Positions 48,612 to 61,406 of a DNA stretch of 64,000 bases are shown one piece after another. The stretch is from the NCBI RefSeq assembly GCF_006345805.1, contig NC_043005.1, forward strand, positions 90,086,001-90,150,000, given 5' to 3'. The notes under the pieces are model-generated. The model was not told where the DNA came from, did not search any database, and saw nothing but the letters and a program-made list of their open reading frames with translations. Position 1 is the stretch's first letter. Every line of letters begins with the position of its first letter. Made by a program: the position numbers and the translations under genes. This stretch comes from Octopus sinensis. Lineage: Eukaryota.

Positions 48612-49102
48612 TATATATATAAAAACAGCAAAATGTCTGTGTGTGTGCGCGCGCATGTCCTTTATATAAATCCACAATTTTTCAGTTAGAGGGCTCACAC
48701 TTTCTATGGTCATCCACAACTTTACATTTCGCAAAGCCATTAAAAAAAAAAAAATCGATAGAGTGGCTTTTTTGCGAATTTTCTATCCAAAACCCAATCA
48801 AAATGCCCGAAACTTGATACGCCAATTTGGACAGTACTTGCGTGTATGTGTGCATGCACGCGGCTGTATATGCATGCACTAGCACTATGACCCAGCATTG
48901 CCGGGTCATAGTGCTAGTAAAAGGTACTTGACATTGTCTCCTGCAGTAATTGCAGCTAGATGCTGAGAGAGTTGAAGGAGAGATTACAGCACAGCAAAGC
49001 AACACAATCGTTTTAGGCACAAACGGCAGAGGTTGCATTACAACTGACAACACCTTGTAAACAAATACACAACCTCCAAGTTTGACTAATAATGTAACCT
49101 AC

Positions 49103-49461
49103 CTTGGCCAACTGGATTTTCAAGTTCCAATGATTTCATTTCATTGCTTGGGACATTCTTGCCATCAACTGAATTGCAATTTCCTTTCGATGGATCATTC
49201 TTCAAGTCTGAGACAACAGCAGTGGAGGCAGCTGCCATTGCAGCAGCCATTATTTCACCAGCAGATGTGTTCAGGAGACTGCAAGAAGCCTTGTCCTTTT
49301 TAGTATCGAGCTGTTTCTTAAAGTTAGCCAGGATTTTCTTCACATGAGGTACTTTAGGAGATCTCACAGGTAAATTATGGATATCATATTCAGAAAGTGA
49401 AGCTAAATCACCAACAGTATGGAGCTTTCTTGCTTTAAGAAGTTGACTCAGACCACGAAAC
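49103..49461 (-). CDS. RIF1: RIF1 exon, C-terminal subdomain II core
   Basis: ttctcattag|G...CAAG|gtaggt, 359 nt. FRGLSQLLKARKLHTVGDLASLSEYDIHNLPVRSPKVPHVKKIL, like RIF1 RGLGQLIRAKNIKTIGDLSTL...LPIRSPKV. Confidence 0.95.
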
Positions 49462-49697
49462 CTAATGAGAAAGAACAATCAAATAAAGCATTTAAATATA
49501 TGTATCACCAACATTATTTTAACAGCCATTTCCTCATGCTTGCATGGGTCAGATGAATTTATTAAGGCAGGTTTACTACGGCATACTTGTTACTAAGCCT
49601 CACCTGTTCCCAAGCAAGGTGATGTTGCCCCGTGGTCAGACAAGTTTTCACGGAAGATTGGAAATGAGGAACCCCACTTGTATGATGGTATTTATAA

Positions 49698-49903
49698 GGC
49701 AGCGAGCTGGCAGAAACGTTAGCATACAGGGTGAAATGCGTAGCCGTTACGTTCTGAGTTCAAATTCTGCCGAGGTTGACTTTGCCTTTCATCATTTCAG
49801 GGTCGATTAAATAAGTACCAGTTACGCACTGGGGTCGATATAATCGACTAAATCCGTTTGTCCCCTCTGTGTTTAGCCCCTTGTGGGCAGTAAAGAAATA
49901 GGT
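49698..49903 (+). mobile_element. Second tRNA-derived SINE family, copy 1
   Basis: GAGCTGGCAGAAACGTTAG...GAGTTCAAATTC (B-box-like)...GACTTTGCCTTTCATC...GGGTCGAT; homologous to 50703-50931. Confidence 0.8.
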
Positions 49904-50702
49904 ATTTATAATTATCCCATGATGTCAAAGTAAGGTGACACAAGTGAGTGTGTGTTCACACACTCATGCAAGCAGAACAGGTTTCTTTTCATTTCCATCC
50001 CCGAAATCCAGTCCTAAGGCTTTAGTTGGCCCAAGATTGTAGTAGAGGACATCCAAGGTCCCACTGTACAAGAACTTAAATATCCTCCATGATAAACTCT
50101 ACTTACAACCACCCCCGCCAAAAAAATTCATTTTCGTGCCCATAGAAAGAATTCCTTATCATGGAAACAAATCAACAAAAACCCGAAACCATATGGTCAT
50201 TGAGAAGAAAACATTTTGAGCACACAACCAGCCTGCAGCTACAAAGTTGGAATTCATCAAAAGTTAGTAACACAAAGTGCAGCAGAAAATCCTACCACGT
50301 GTTACACAGTCAATAGGCAGGTGGTAAGAGTGTCTTCATATAGATAATGTTTCACCTTGAGTTGGAGGGAAAACTGGCAGGTGGTTGTTGACAGCAATAT
50401 GAGTGGTTGTTGTCAATGGCATTGAGCAAGCCCTGTGCATTTTAACACAAAAGTCTGAAACAAAACATTACAGCCAGACATGTTTGTATAAATGTTATTT
50501 GATGATATGCACTGGTATTTTAATCAAATGTCCTTCGGTGCATAGAGTAATACTAACCTGGCTGGCTTTCGTATAAATCACAAAACGTTTTGTTTTCTGA
50601 TTTCTATATTGAAATAAGAAAAGGCTGGGCAAAATTCAGGGGGTTCCTACTTGTGATGGTAGTAAAGGTCCTTTCACTCAGGGTGAAAAGCAGACTATGA
50701 TG

Positions 50703-50931
50703 CCTATTTCTTTACTACCCACAAGGGGCTAAACACAGAGGGGACAAACAAGGACAGACAAATGGATTAAGTCAATTATATTGACCCCAGTGCATGACTG
50801 ATACTTATTTAATCGACCTCAAAAGAATGAAGGCAAAGTCGACCTTGGCAGAATTTGAACTCAGAACGTAGCAGCAGACGAAATACCGCTAAGCATTTCG
50901 CCCAGCGTGCTAACGTTTCTGCCAGCTTGCC
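50703..50931 (-). mobile_element. Second tRNA-derived SINE family, copy 2 (inverted relative to copy 1)
   Basis: Reverse complement aligns by eye with 49698-49903 over about 200 bp. Confidence 0.8.
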
Positions 50932-50935
50932 GTGA

Positions 50936-51785
50936 GCGAACAGTCATGCTACATGGCAGTGAAACATATGCTGTGACTGCTGAGGACATGCATAGGCTTG
51001 TAAGAAATGAAGCCAGTATGCTTTGCTGGATGTGTATGTATGACAGTGGGTCTTGAAAGAAAAGTTGGGCATAAGAGAGATGAGATGTGGTGTGCAAGAG
51101 GGACTGAGCTAGTATGGTCATGTGATGTGTATGGTCGAGGACAGCTGTGTGAAGAAATATCACACTAATGGTGGAGGGAACCTGTGGATGAGGTAGACCC
51201 AGGAAGACATGGGACGAAATGGTGAAGCACAATCTTCGAATGTTGGGCTTCACGGAGACAATGACAAGTGAACAAAACCTTTGGAAATATGCTGTGCTTG
51301 AGAAAACCTGTCAAACCAAGTGAAATTGTAGGTATGGCCAATGCCAGTGTCACGTAACTGGCATGTAAAAAGCACCCCTCAAACGTTGGGTGATATGGTG
51401 TGCTTAGGAAGACCTGTTGAGCCGAGTGAAATCATAGTCGTGGCCAATGCCAGTGCCATCTGACTAGCACCCGTGCTGGTTGCATGTAAAAAGCACCATT
51501 TGAGCATTGGGCCTCATGGAGGCAGTGACAAGTGACCGAGACCTTTGGTAATATACTGTGCTTGCATGAACCTTGTCAAGCCAAGACTATTTGTGGCCAA
51601 TGCTGGTGTCAGGTCAATGGCATGTAAAAAATACCCACTACACTCTCAGAGTGGTTGACATTAGGAAGGGCATCCAGACATAGAACCTTACCAAATCAGA
51701 TCGGAACCTGGTGCAGTTTACCAGTTTTCAGTCAGAACTGCCCAACCCATGCCAGCATGGAAAACAGGCATTGAATGATGATGGA
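50936..51785 (+). mobile_element. RTE-like LINE 3' fragment in a RIF1 intron
   Basis: MLHGSETYAVTAEDMHRL...GRPRKTWDE, homologous to 37550-37900, followed by the same 3' UTR and (TGA)n. Confidence 0.8.
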
Positions 51786-52802
51786 ACATAATTTTTTGGC
51801 TTAGCTCAGAATGCTCAAGAGTATTTAAAACCGAGGAGACCAAACGATATTGAAACATTGATGATCTACCACCAACATTCTCAGAGAGCTCTGTGTCCCT
51901 TGATAAATTTTCAAGACAAAATGCTAAAACTAGGGTCATTCCATGTTTGTACATATATACACACGTGTGCATATGAGTGAGTTATGCCTATCATCAGCAT
52001 CATTTTAATGTCCTCTTTTCTGTGCTTGTCTTGGGTTTTTTTACAGCCAGATGCTCTTCTTGTCACCTATCCTCACTTGTTTCCAAGCAAAATATCTCTC
52101 CGTAACCAAACAGGTTTTCACAAGGAAGCACACACACAACACGCTTCTCTACCTACTAAATCCAATTTCAAAATGTTGGTTAGCCTGAAGCTTAACGTCT
52201 GTTTTCTGTGCTAGCATGGGTTGGACGGTTCGACCGGGTTCTAGGAAGCCAGGAGGCTGCACCAGGCTCTAGTCTGATCTGGCAGTGTTTCTACAGCTGG
52301 ATGCCCTTCCTAATGCCAACCACTCCGTGAGTGTAGTGGGTGCTTTTTATGTGCCACCAGCACAGGTGCCAGAGGAGGCTGGCAACAGCCACGATCGGTT
52401 GGTGCTTTTTACATGCCACTGGCACGGAGGCCAGTCGAGGCGGGGCTGGCAACAGCCACATTCGGATGGTTCTTTTAGGTGCCACCAGCACTGGTATCAC
52501 AACTACAATTTCCATTGATTTTTTGATCGATTTCAATTTCAATTGATAAAACTATACGCACAAAAGGTCATGATGTTTGCAAGCTTGTCTAGATTAGGGA
52601 GATTAAGGACACAAGGATCTGGTTATCATGCTTGCATGTGTTCACCTAGCAGCATGTTAGTGTCTTCTGTCAAAAGGGAAAACTGAAAGCAGTTATTACC
52701 ACAATACTAACCAAGACAGAATACACAGTCTATATATATATTACAATATACACATCGTGATGTATTCAATAAAGTGAGAAACCTTTTCAGGAAGCAACTT
52801 AC

Positions 52803-52981
52803 CACATGGAGGAAGTAAGCTGTGGAAGAATCAGGCTGATAGGTTCTTGACATGATACAAGCTCTGCAAATACTGGTCCAGTGCTACTGAGTTGAGATTC
52901 TTGGGTGCTGCTGTAGCTACTCTGAGAACTACCAGGGCTGTTGTTGCTGCCAGAGATGCTGTTAGAGATAGAATCTCTTTT
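52803..52981 (-). CDS. RIF1: RIF1 exon, start of C-terminal subdomain II
   Basis: ttctatatag|AAA...TG|gtaagt, 179 nt. Ends PVFAELVSCQEPISLILPQLTSSMW, like RIF1 VYPxLVxCxxPxxxILPQITSxMW. Confidence 0.92.
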
Positions 52982-53747
52982 CTATATAGAAAGAAAAAAC
53001 ATTTGAGTTGCATAAGAAATTACAAAAATGATGGTAAACTGAATAAAACAAAGTACTGCATGTGGAGATGTGAATGGCTTCAAGGAGGGGCAAGTAGCTG
53101 AAGAAAGGCAGCACCTATGACCGTTTTAACAAGACCTCCAAGACTAATGGAGGGAACTGGAGAAATAGGCTGAAATTGCAAGGCTACCATCAGGCCTGGT
53201 GTGAATGCATGAAGCTGAGGTAGACCTTCAAAAGCCAGGGAGTGGTGTAAAAACAAACACAATCCAACCAATGCTTCCAACCCCCATCCCATTCATCTAA
53301 GGAATTTTGCAAAGTTTTAGATTGAGTCACAGTGGGATTGAACCTGGAGCCACATGAAGGTAAAATAAACTTCTTAATCATAAAGCCATGTTTGCATGCA
53401 TTGAAAGCCAGGTGCAAAGAGCTATTAAGTGGCTATTTGGTGTTTGATACACTTGGGTGTTAATAGCTTGCACGGAAACAGATGTGCATTGATGACAAGC
53501 ATGGAAAAGTGGATGTCGAAACTGTGATGATGATGAAGCAGAACAAGGCAGGAGCGATGACATCTGATGATCAAATGCTGTCGACATTTAGTTCTGCTCT
53601 TTTATGTTCCAAATTAAAATCTGGTTTTGAGATATCATTATTTTCCACCCCTCCAGGGTTTCTTAAGTCGAGGTTATGACTTACTTCAGAATGGGGTGTA
53701 AGTAACAGATGACTAAAACTTGCAACAAAGTTTTAATTAAAAATTAA

Positions 53748-53784
<37 letters not shown>

Positions 53785-54375
53785 GCACACACACGTAATC
53801 ATCATTTAATGTCCATATTCCATCATGGTACACAGGTTGGATGGTCTGACAAGATCCAATTAGCCTGAAGGCCGCATTAGTTTCCACTATCTCTTTTGGA
53901 AGGGTTTTTACAGATGGGTGCCCTTCCTAATGCTGACCACTTTACAGAGTAAAATTGGGGTCTTTTTTTTTTTTTTTTTGGTAGCACCAGCACCACTGAG
54001 GTCACCAAGTAACTCGCAAGACAAGACCCATGAAAGAGTGGGGAGCTTTTTTTTAAAAAAAAAAAGTAAAATGGGAGTATGGGACAAAAATGGCTGGCAA
54101 ACATTGCTTCAAGTTGAAGAAAAATGCTGGGCAAAAACTGAAGTTACTTCAATCAAAATATACCATCACACACAAATTGGCCATTTCTACTGTTGAGAGA
54201 AAAATCATTACTTGCTGCAGGAAGAGCAGAAATGCTGCTACTGGACTTTAATGTTTAACAAAAACAGACCAAATAACTTGCAGTATTTGGCAATGTTCAT
54301 TACATATAGGGTTCAAATCCTGCTCAGGCTGTAGGACAATGACTGAAATCAGTAAATAAATTAGAAAAGACAAAC

Positions 54376-54504
54376 CTTGTAATTGGAAAGAAGACTACGG
54401 CGTGATGATCTGGAACTGCAAGGTGTGAGCCGCCTCTTTTGTGACATGGGGGATGGTAGAGTTTTCTCCTCAAATATTGGATCAGCAAACGACACTCTTC
54501 GTTG
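54376..54504 (-). CDS. RIF1: RIF1 exon with RVSF PP1-docking motif
   Basis: atgttgcag|CAA...AAG|gtttgt, 129 nt, phase 0-0. Encodes QRRVSFADPIFEEK..., matching RIF1 RRVSFADPI. Confidence 0.93.
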
Positions 54505-54836
54505 CTGCAACATAAAGACATTTGCATATTAATTATAATTAACCTACTTTAATAACTAAAAAGCTTTTAAAAGCTATACAACCATTACAAGTTGTTTGAT
54601 GTAAAGAGGACCTATAAAAACATTGCTGCTTCTATTTCGAAAAGTAAGACACTCTAGCCTTGACCACCTCATCTTTTTGCACAGGAAGAACTACTAAACT
54701 CTCCAATGTACACTTCCTTATTTGAAGCAATAAGGTGTTTGTTATATGAAGGGAATTTGGTTGCAGTTTCTAGTAGATCAACCAATTCCCCGTGAGCCTA
54801 TTCAAAAGGTGAGACTAAGACTGGGCTTATCAAGTG

Positions 54837-55640
54837 TACGAAGGGGTACCCAAAAGTAACCAGAGATGTTAGAAGCCACTTGATGCAACCCTTAGGCATC
54901 AGTTTGCTGACTGGCGCCATTGGGTGATGTTGCACTGCCACGTGGTGCACCTTTGTTTTGCAGTGCTTCTCCCCTGTTCGTCAATTTTTTGCAATGGCTG
55001 AAACATAGGAACAGCATGCTTCCATGAAATACTGTTTTCTGCTGAGGAAAACTGCAGCTGAAACAGTTGTCATACTTCAAACAGCTTACAAGGATGCTGC
55101 CATGAGCAAAACAAGTTTATGAGTGGTTTCCATGCTTTAAGAATGGTCACTTGTTACTTGAAGACCAACCTTGTTCAGGACAACCGTTGACCTCCCAAAC
55201 GAATGAAATCACAAACATTCATGAATTAATCTTGGAGGACTGTCACTGAACAATTAAACTCGTTGATACAATTGGTGGCTTCTGGAGTTCCTGCCAACAA
55301 ATTTTGAGCAAAGAATTGTGAATGAAAAGAGTTGCAGCAAAATTTGTGCCTCACTTGCTCACAGAAAATCAAAAGCAGTCACAACTGAATGCATGTTGTG
55401 AACTGAAAGAACAGTTGGAAGTTGATCTGGACCTTATTTTGAAGGTCATCATAGATGACAAAAGTTGGTGCTATGGAATTCGAAAGTGTAGAGAGGTGAA
55501 GAAGGTAAAAAACGACGGAGGTGTTACAAGGCATTACATTGCTCTGAATAGTGGAAAGTATATCTGCATTGCTTCAAATGGAGAATTCTTTGAAGGCGAT
55601 GAAAGTGCAAACATAAAAGTAAGTGAATAAAATGATATTT
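54837..55640 (+). mobile_element. Internally deleted mariner transposase remnant in a RIF1 intron
   Basis: MKYCFLLRKTAAET...AYKDAAMSK...YEWF, then MKRVAAKFVPHLLT...IIDDKSWCYG joined to C-terminal CIASNGEFFEGD. 5' end begins TACGAAGGGGTACCCAAAAG. Confidence 0.8.
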
Positions 55641-57907
55641 GATTAACGTCAAATCAGTTCTATTCAAAAGCATTGCAGCTGTGATCCTCCTGCTTTACAT
55701 TTTAAAGGTTGTGGTGGTGTGGGTGTGTGTATCGGTGCAGATACGGCTACATAGTTGAGAAGTTCACTTCCCAGCCAATGTGATCTTTGGTTCAGTCCCA
55801 TTGCACAGCACTTTGGGCAGGGCCAACCAAAGCCTGGTGAGTGGACTTGGTAAGCAGAAACTAGGAAAAACCTGTCACATGTGCAAATATGTTGGCTTCA
55901 CTCAAGTTCACATCCATAGCTTCCATGCTCATCACCCTCTTACATGACGGGGCACCGAATTGCCAGCGATTGCACAACCTAAAGTTTAAGGTCCAATAAG
56001 GCTTCTACAGCACCTCACAGATCTTCCCCACCCTACTGACATGATCCAGTGACAAGTCAGAGCAAGATATCCAGCACCAATATGGGTTGCAGGCTCTGGG
56101 ATATGGGAGCACCATGATGTCAAGTTGCCCAAGGTGCCACGCAGTGGGACTGAACCTGGAACCATGTGGTTGGTAAGTAAACTACTTGCCACACAGTCAC
56201 TCCTACGCCTATACTGAGAAACATTTTTGAACCTTAGGTCACTAAAAGCCTTGTGAGCAGATTTGGTAAACAGAAACTGAAAGAAGCCTGTTGTATGTGT
56301 GTATGCATGTGGGCCAACCATGTGCCTGGACACCGACCCAGGTATTTCCACATCCCTGCACATACATACATGCATACATACACATGTCCACATATTATTG
56401 GATGGCTATTGACTGCTTGTGAACTCTTCCACCTTTTGAAAGGCCTTATTTTTCGTCCTTCAGGGTGTCCAGCAATCACCCTCCTTACCAAGCAAGCTTG
56501 ATGGGGTTGCCAGGTTAGTTGCTGACTACCAGACCATGCAACAAGTTGTACTGGGTTACATGTTACCAGTAGCGCTCAAGAATGTTTGTTGCTGGTATTT
56601 CTATCATCGGATTATCCAGTAGCTTTGAGCCTTCAAGGAAGCAATTTTATAAAAGGATAAAAGTCTGAAAGAAGGGGCTAGAGCTGACGAGGAGCTACAT
56701 GACATGTTAGAGCAGTGGGTGAGGATGATGAGGGGGAGCTGGTGCCAAATCTAATCCATATGCAAATTAAAATATCTATTCACAGCTAAATTCAACCCGT
56801 TCCTTTGTTTTTACAACCATTTTCCTACGCTAGCATGGGTTAGATGGATAGGTCGTTGAGGCAATGTTTAACAGCTCAATGACTTCATTTTTTAAGTAAG
56901 GATCTCTTATTCTCTTCAGCTTCAAAGGCACTGAGTATTGACTGAGGAAATGCCAAGAACAAGCCTGCTTAAATTCTCTGATTGTCGTGTGTGTGTGTTT
57001 ACTCATTTGTGACAGTTCTGTTCAGTTTCCATCACAAGGATTTGGTCAGCCCAGGCTTCTAGCAAAAGACTCTTGCGCATGGTCCCATGCAGTGGAACCA
57101 AACCTAAAATGTGGTTGAGTTGCTAATTTAACCAAATAAGCCATGCATGTGCCTTTATCACTGGAAAATTCAGTTTTGTTTCAATAATAGTTGAAAATAA
57201 TTCTTCAACTAAAAAAAAACTGATGTGTGGCAACCTGGCGTTGCCACTAAGATGTATTTCCAACAAGGAACCAAGAGTTGAAACGACAGACAAATGAAAT
57301 TGTTGTTTTTAGTTTTGTACCTGTAGTCAATTGCATTTTTCTTCACTGATGTTTATTAACTCTTTCGCTAGCATATTTCTGTTGAGATAGTCTTTTGTTT
57401 CAACCAATTTTGAAAGTAACGAAGTATTTAATAAAATAACTTGGTCATTATTAAATTGATGTCTAGAACATAAATTAACAAGGAATTCTAATGAAACGCC
57501 TTAAAAACAAGAAGCTTGCATCATAGAACTAAGAGCAGGTTTAAGCGAGTTACTATCAAAGGGATTACAGAAATTCTAATATATTTCAGTGAGCAAAAGC
57601 AGAATTCAACCAATTTATTCACCATCATCATTGTTTAGCATGGGTGGGATGGTTTCACAAGAGCCAGCCAGGTAGAAGCCTGCACCAGACTTCTGTGACT
57701 GTTTTGGCAGGATTTTTACAGCTGGATGCCCTTCCTAACACCAACCACTCAGCAGAGTGGACTTGGTGCTTTTTATGTGGCACAAGCACAGGAGAGGTCA
57801 GTTTTGGCAAGGTTTTTACAGCTGTGTGTCCTTCCTAACAACAAACATTCAGCAGAATGGGCTTTGTGCTTTTTACGTAGCAAAAATCAGTCTGTAAGTA
57901 AACTTAC

Positions 57908-60286
57908 CTTATTTGGTGGTGATGGTGTTTCACCATTATTCTGTAGTCTCTTCTTTAGAATACCTGTTGTTGGTGAATAAACAGATGAAGGGGAACAGGT
58001 AGCAGAAGGACAACTTTCAGGAGTATCACAGAGTGAGGAGGATAAGAACTGCTTTTCAGAGGAAAAAATGTCTGTTGTAGCAGAGGTGTAATCATCACCA
58101 TCAACATTTGTGTTCCCATGATTTGGAGAAGTTTTCATCACAGACTTTGGAGTTGCACTTTTTTTGGCACCAGACATAGAGCAGTTTGAAACCTTAATAC
58201 CATAAACAAAACTATCAGAAAACTTGGATGGAAATCCTCGATTACCAGAACGTAACCGAAGAGATTTCTTTGGTGTATCAACCACTTTGGACAAAACAGG
58301 TTTATTCTCGGATTCTTGGTCTACAAAGTTCTCATTTACTTCAGAATCCACAATAGCTGCTGGCTGAAGCACTGAGCTCTCAGTTTCACAAACAGTCATT
58401 GATGGACTGGCATCACTTTGGGTCTCATTTTGTGAATCCTGCTTCAGGCCCCCACAATTATCATCATCATCTCCCTCAAACTTTTCAGATATTGCTGTTA
58501 GGCTTGAACCTTCATCAGCCATCATGATCTCTGAAGCATTAGACTTCACTGTGACTGACTGTGCACCCTCCACAACATTGTCTAGTTTTAGTTCCTCTTC
58601 CTCAGTCAAATCTGGCTCAACATCCTGTTTATCTTGTTTGATCTTTCTTTTTTCTTCTTGAACTAAATCCAACTCCTTTCTCTCTTCTAAATTTAATTCA
58701 ACTTCATCACCTAAATCTGAGTCAAAGCTGTCTCTTTTATGCTCAGGCTCAACAACATCTGATTTAACTGATTCAGCTTCCTCTTCAATCACACCTGACA
58801 CAGCATTTTTTCCCTGCTCAACAACAGTTGGCATTTCCTGGTCACAAGAGAACCTTTCCGTTTCTCCAAAAGGACAACTATTAATGGAATCACCATTGTC
58901 CACAGCAGTAATAGTTTCACAGTAGGTTTTATCTTGAGTTTCAGAAATTTTCATGCTGTCTTTCGCATTTTTCTCAACATATGTCAGTTTCTTTACATTA
59001 CTATTTTGTTTGTGTGCCGGGCTCTTGGCTTTTTCAGACACATTCAGAACTTTTCGAGCTTTGGTTTCTTTTCCAATTTTCCTTCTGGAAGTGGATTTAT
59101 TTGCAGGATTTTCTGAGTTTTGAGTCGCTTTTTTTCGTGCACGAAGAATCTTTACGCATGAGCGTGTCCTAACAGGTGAGATTCGACGATCAGTATTTTG
59201 GACAATTTTAGTAACCTTCAATGGTTTCCTTTTACGAGATCCTGTAATAGGTTTAGACACTGGTAAAACATCTGCTTTGTGAAGCTGTTTGGAAGGACTA
59301 ATAGTACCACAAGGGCGATCAGTTATTTTGTCCTTGTCACAAACAACCTGGTTATTATCATTCTGGACATTAACAGAAATATTTTTTTCCAAATTTGGTT
59401 TCTTGATTTCTGATATTCTTTCATTTGAATCTAATTTTCGTTTCTGTGATATAGCAGCCGTATTTTGATTAGGTATCACATTTTCAGAGTCAGGAATACT
59501 CTCACTTTCGCTTGGTAGAAATAATTCACTTTGGCAAACAGCCTTTCCAGAAGTCTTTTTATTTGAAATATCTTTGGAATTATTTTGCTTAGGAATTACT
59601 TCCAATTGCTCCTCCTTTGTGGCAAGTTCAACCTCACTTGCCTCTTTCAATTCAAAACCACCAGAAGAGCTAATGGCACTGTTAGAATCAGCATTCTCTG
59701 CAAGATCAAAGGACAATCGCCTGATATTGACGCTAGTGTTAACTTCTCTTGTCAAAGTTTTGACAGGTGTTTCCAAGACAGATTCACCTGTAGACTGATG
59801 GTCAGAGCACATCTTGATTGGGGACTGAGTTTCTTCAACAAATAAGTTACTTTGCACTGGTCTGTCTGAAGGCTGGCCTTGTTCGGCCAACAAACTATCA
59901 TTTGTAAGAGAGTCTTGAGCAACAATTGAGGTTACATGAGGCTCCATGAGAAGAGGAACAGAAGGAACCTTCAAAGACTGACTAGTGCAAAGCCAATTCT
60001 GTAGAGATGTTGGCTGATCTTCTGAAACATTCTTTGACGTTTTTCCAGGTTTGATACTGACTGGTTCTTTGTTTTTGGTGAGCTTGGTTTTAGCAGGGCT
60101 TGAAGATGGTTGTATTTTAGTGTATGGTTCTAATTTCACTCCAATGTTTTGGGGTTTTTCAGCACATTCAGGGACTTTTTCACAGCTAACTGCAGGGGAC
60201 AGTTCAGGGAGTTTCGTGTCTTTAGCAAATGTAACCCTCTTAGTGGACTTGCCATAGTTTTCTTGATTTGATTTATTTGTAGCAAT
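57908..60286 (-). CDS. RIF1: RIF1 giant exon (793 codons, disordered region, ends with GILK motif)
   Basis: tctgtttccag|ATT...AAG|gtaagt, 2379 nt, contains the 750-aa ORF 57887-60139. S/T/E/K-rich; ends SPSSVYSPTTGILKKRLQNNGETPSPPNK, like RIF1 SPxxSILK...SPxNK. Confidence 0.93.
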
Positions 60287-61336
60287 CTGGAAACAGAATT
60301 TAACAGGACTTTAGAAACAAGAAACTACACACACGAAAAATAGAAACACAAAAATAAAACTATTTTTATTATCACATGGATGAGTGGTGAGAGAACAGCT
60401 TTTAACTTGCAACATTTTAGTTTTAAAAAAATAATAAAAATTTTTTTAAAAACCTACAATAGAAGCTTAAAGAGCAACCCGCATCACTTCTACATCCACT
60501 TTCCATACAATGAGGTAGATTTTCTATGACCAGATTTCCCTTCCTGTTGCCAATCCTGACAGGAGATTGCAAATAAAGACACCACTTGTATAACATGCAC
60601 ATTCATTTACAACTATCACACAACATTGAGACAAGGAGACAAATCATCATCGTTTAACGTTCGCTTTCCATGCTAAGCATGGGTTGGACGGTTCGACTGG
60701 GGTTTGGGAAGCCAGGAGGCTGCACCAGGCCCAGTCTGATCTGGCAGTGTTTCTACAGCTGGATGTCCTTCTCATGTTTGAAGCTATTTGTGAGAGTAGT
60801 GGGTGCTTTTTACGTGCCAGGCGAGGCTGGCAACAGCCACGATCGGTTGGTGCTTTATATATATATATATATATAGGATGGGCATCTTCCAGGTTTCATC
60901 TACCAAATCCACTCGCAAAACTTTGGTTGACCAGGGACAATATTAGAACTTGCTCCAAACTGCAATGCAGTAAGACTGAACTCAAAAACTCAAAGCTATG
61001 TAGTTGGGCCGACAAATAGTGACAGTAGTTATTTAGCCCCGAGTCAACTCTGATTACGTAGACCTATGATTAAAACATTCCAGTTGTGACCATCCTGTCT
61101 TGTATATCCATGACTACATTATCTCACATATGCTTCCTTCAAAAATCATTGCATATTTGGGGGTAACATGGCTGGTATTTCTAGCAAATTGAGTGATGAT
61201 GTTGAGACTCCTTCCTTGGAAATGTTTGTTGTTGATGGAAGTGAAGCATAAAGATCAGTCTGGTTGTCATTTGTATTAATCATAAAATTCTTCCAGACAT
61301 AGAATGTTGTAGAATTTTCAGTAAAAAGGAACTTAC

Positions 61337-61406
61337 CAAATTATACTGAGATGAAGTCTCGTCAGAACTGAAACTCATGACTGGTGAAGTGATCATGTGA
61401 TTTGAA
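61337..61406 (-). CDS. RIF1: RIF1 coding exon
   Basis: ctacttcag|T...TTG|gtaagt, 70 nt. Open frame SNHMITSPVMSFSSDETSSQYNL; phase 2 in and phase 0 out link both neighbours. Confidence 0.75.

Noticed and set aside
61130-61272. Short open stretch (NFMINTNDNQ...PPNMQ*) in a RIF1 intron as an alternative exon
   Set aside because: Weak acceptor, ends in a stop, and the flanking exons already join in phase.
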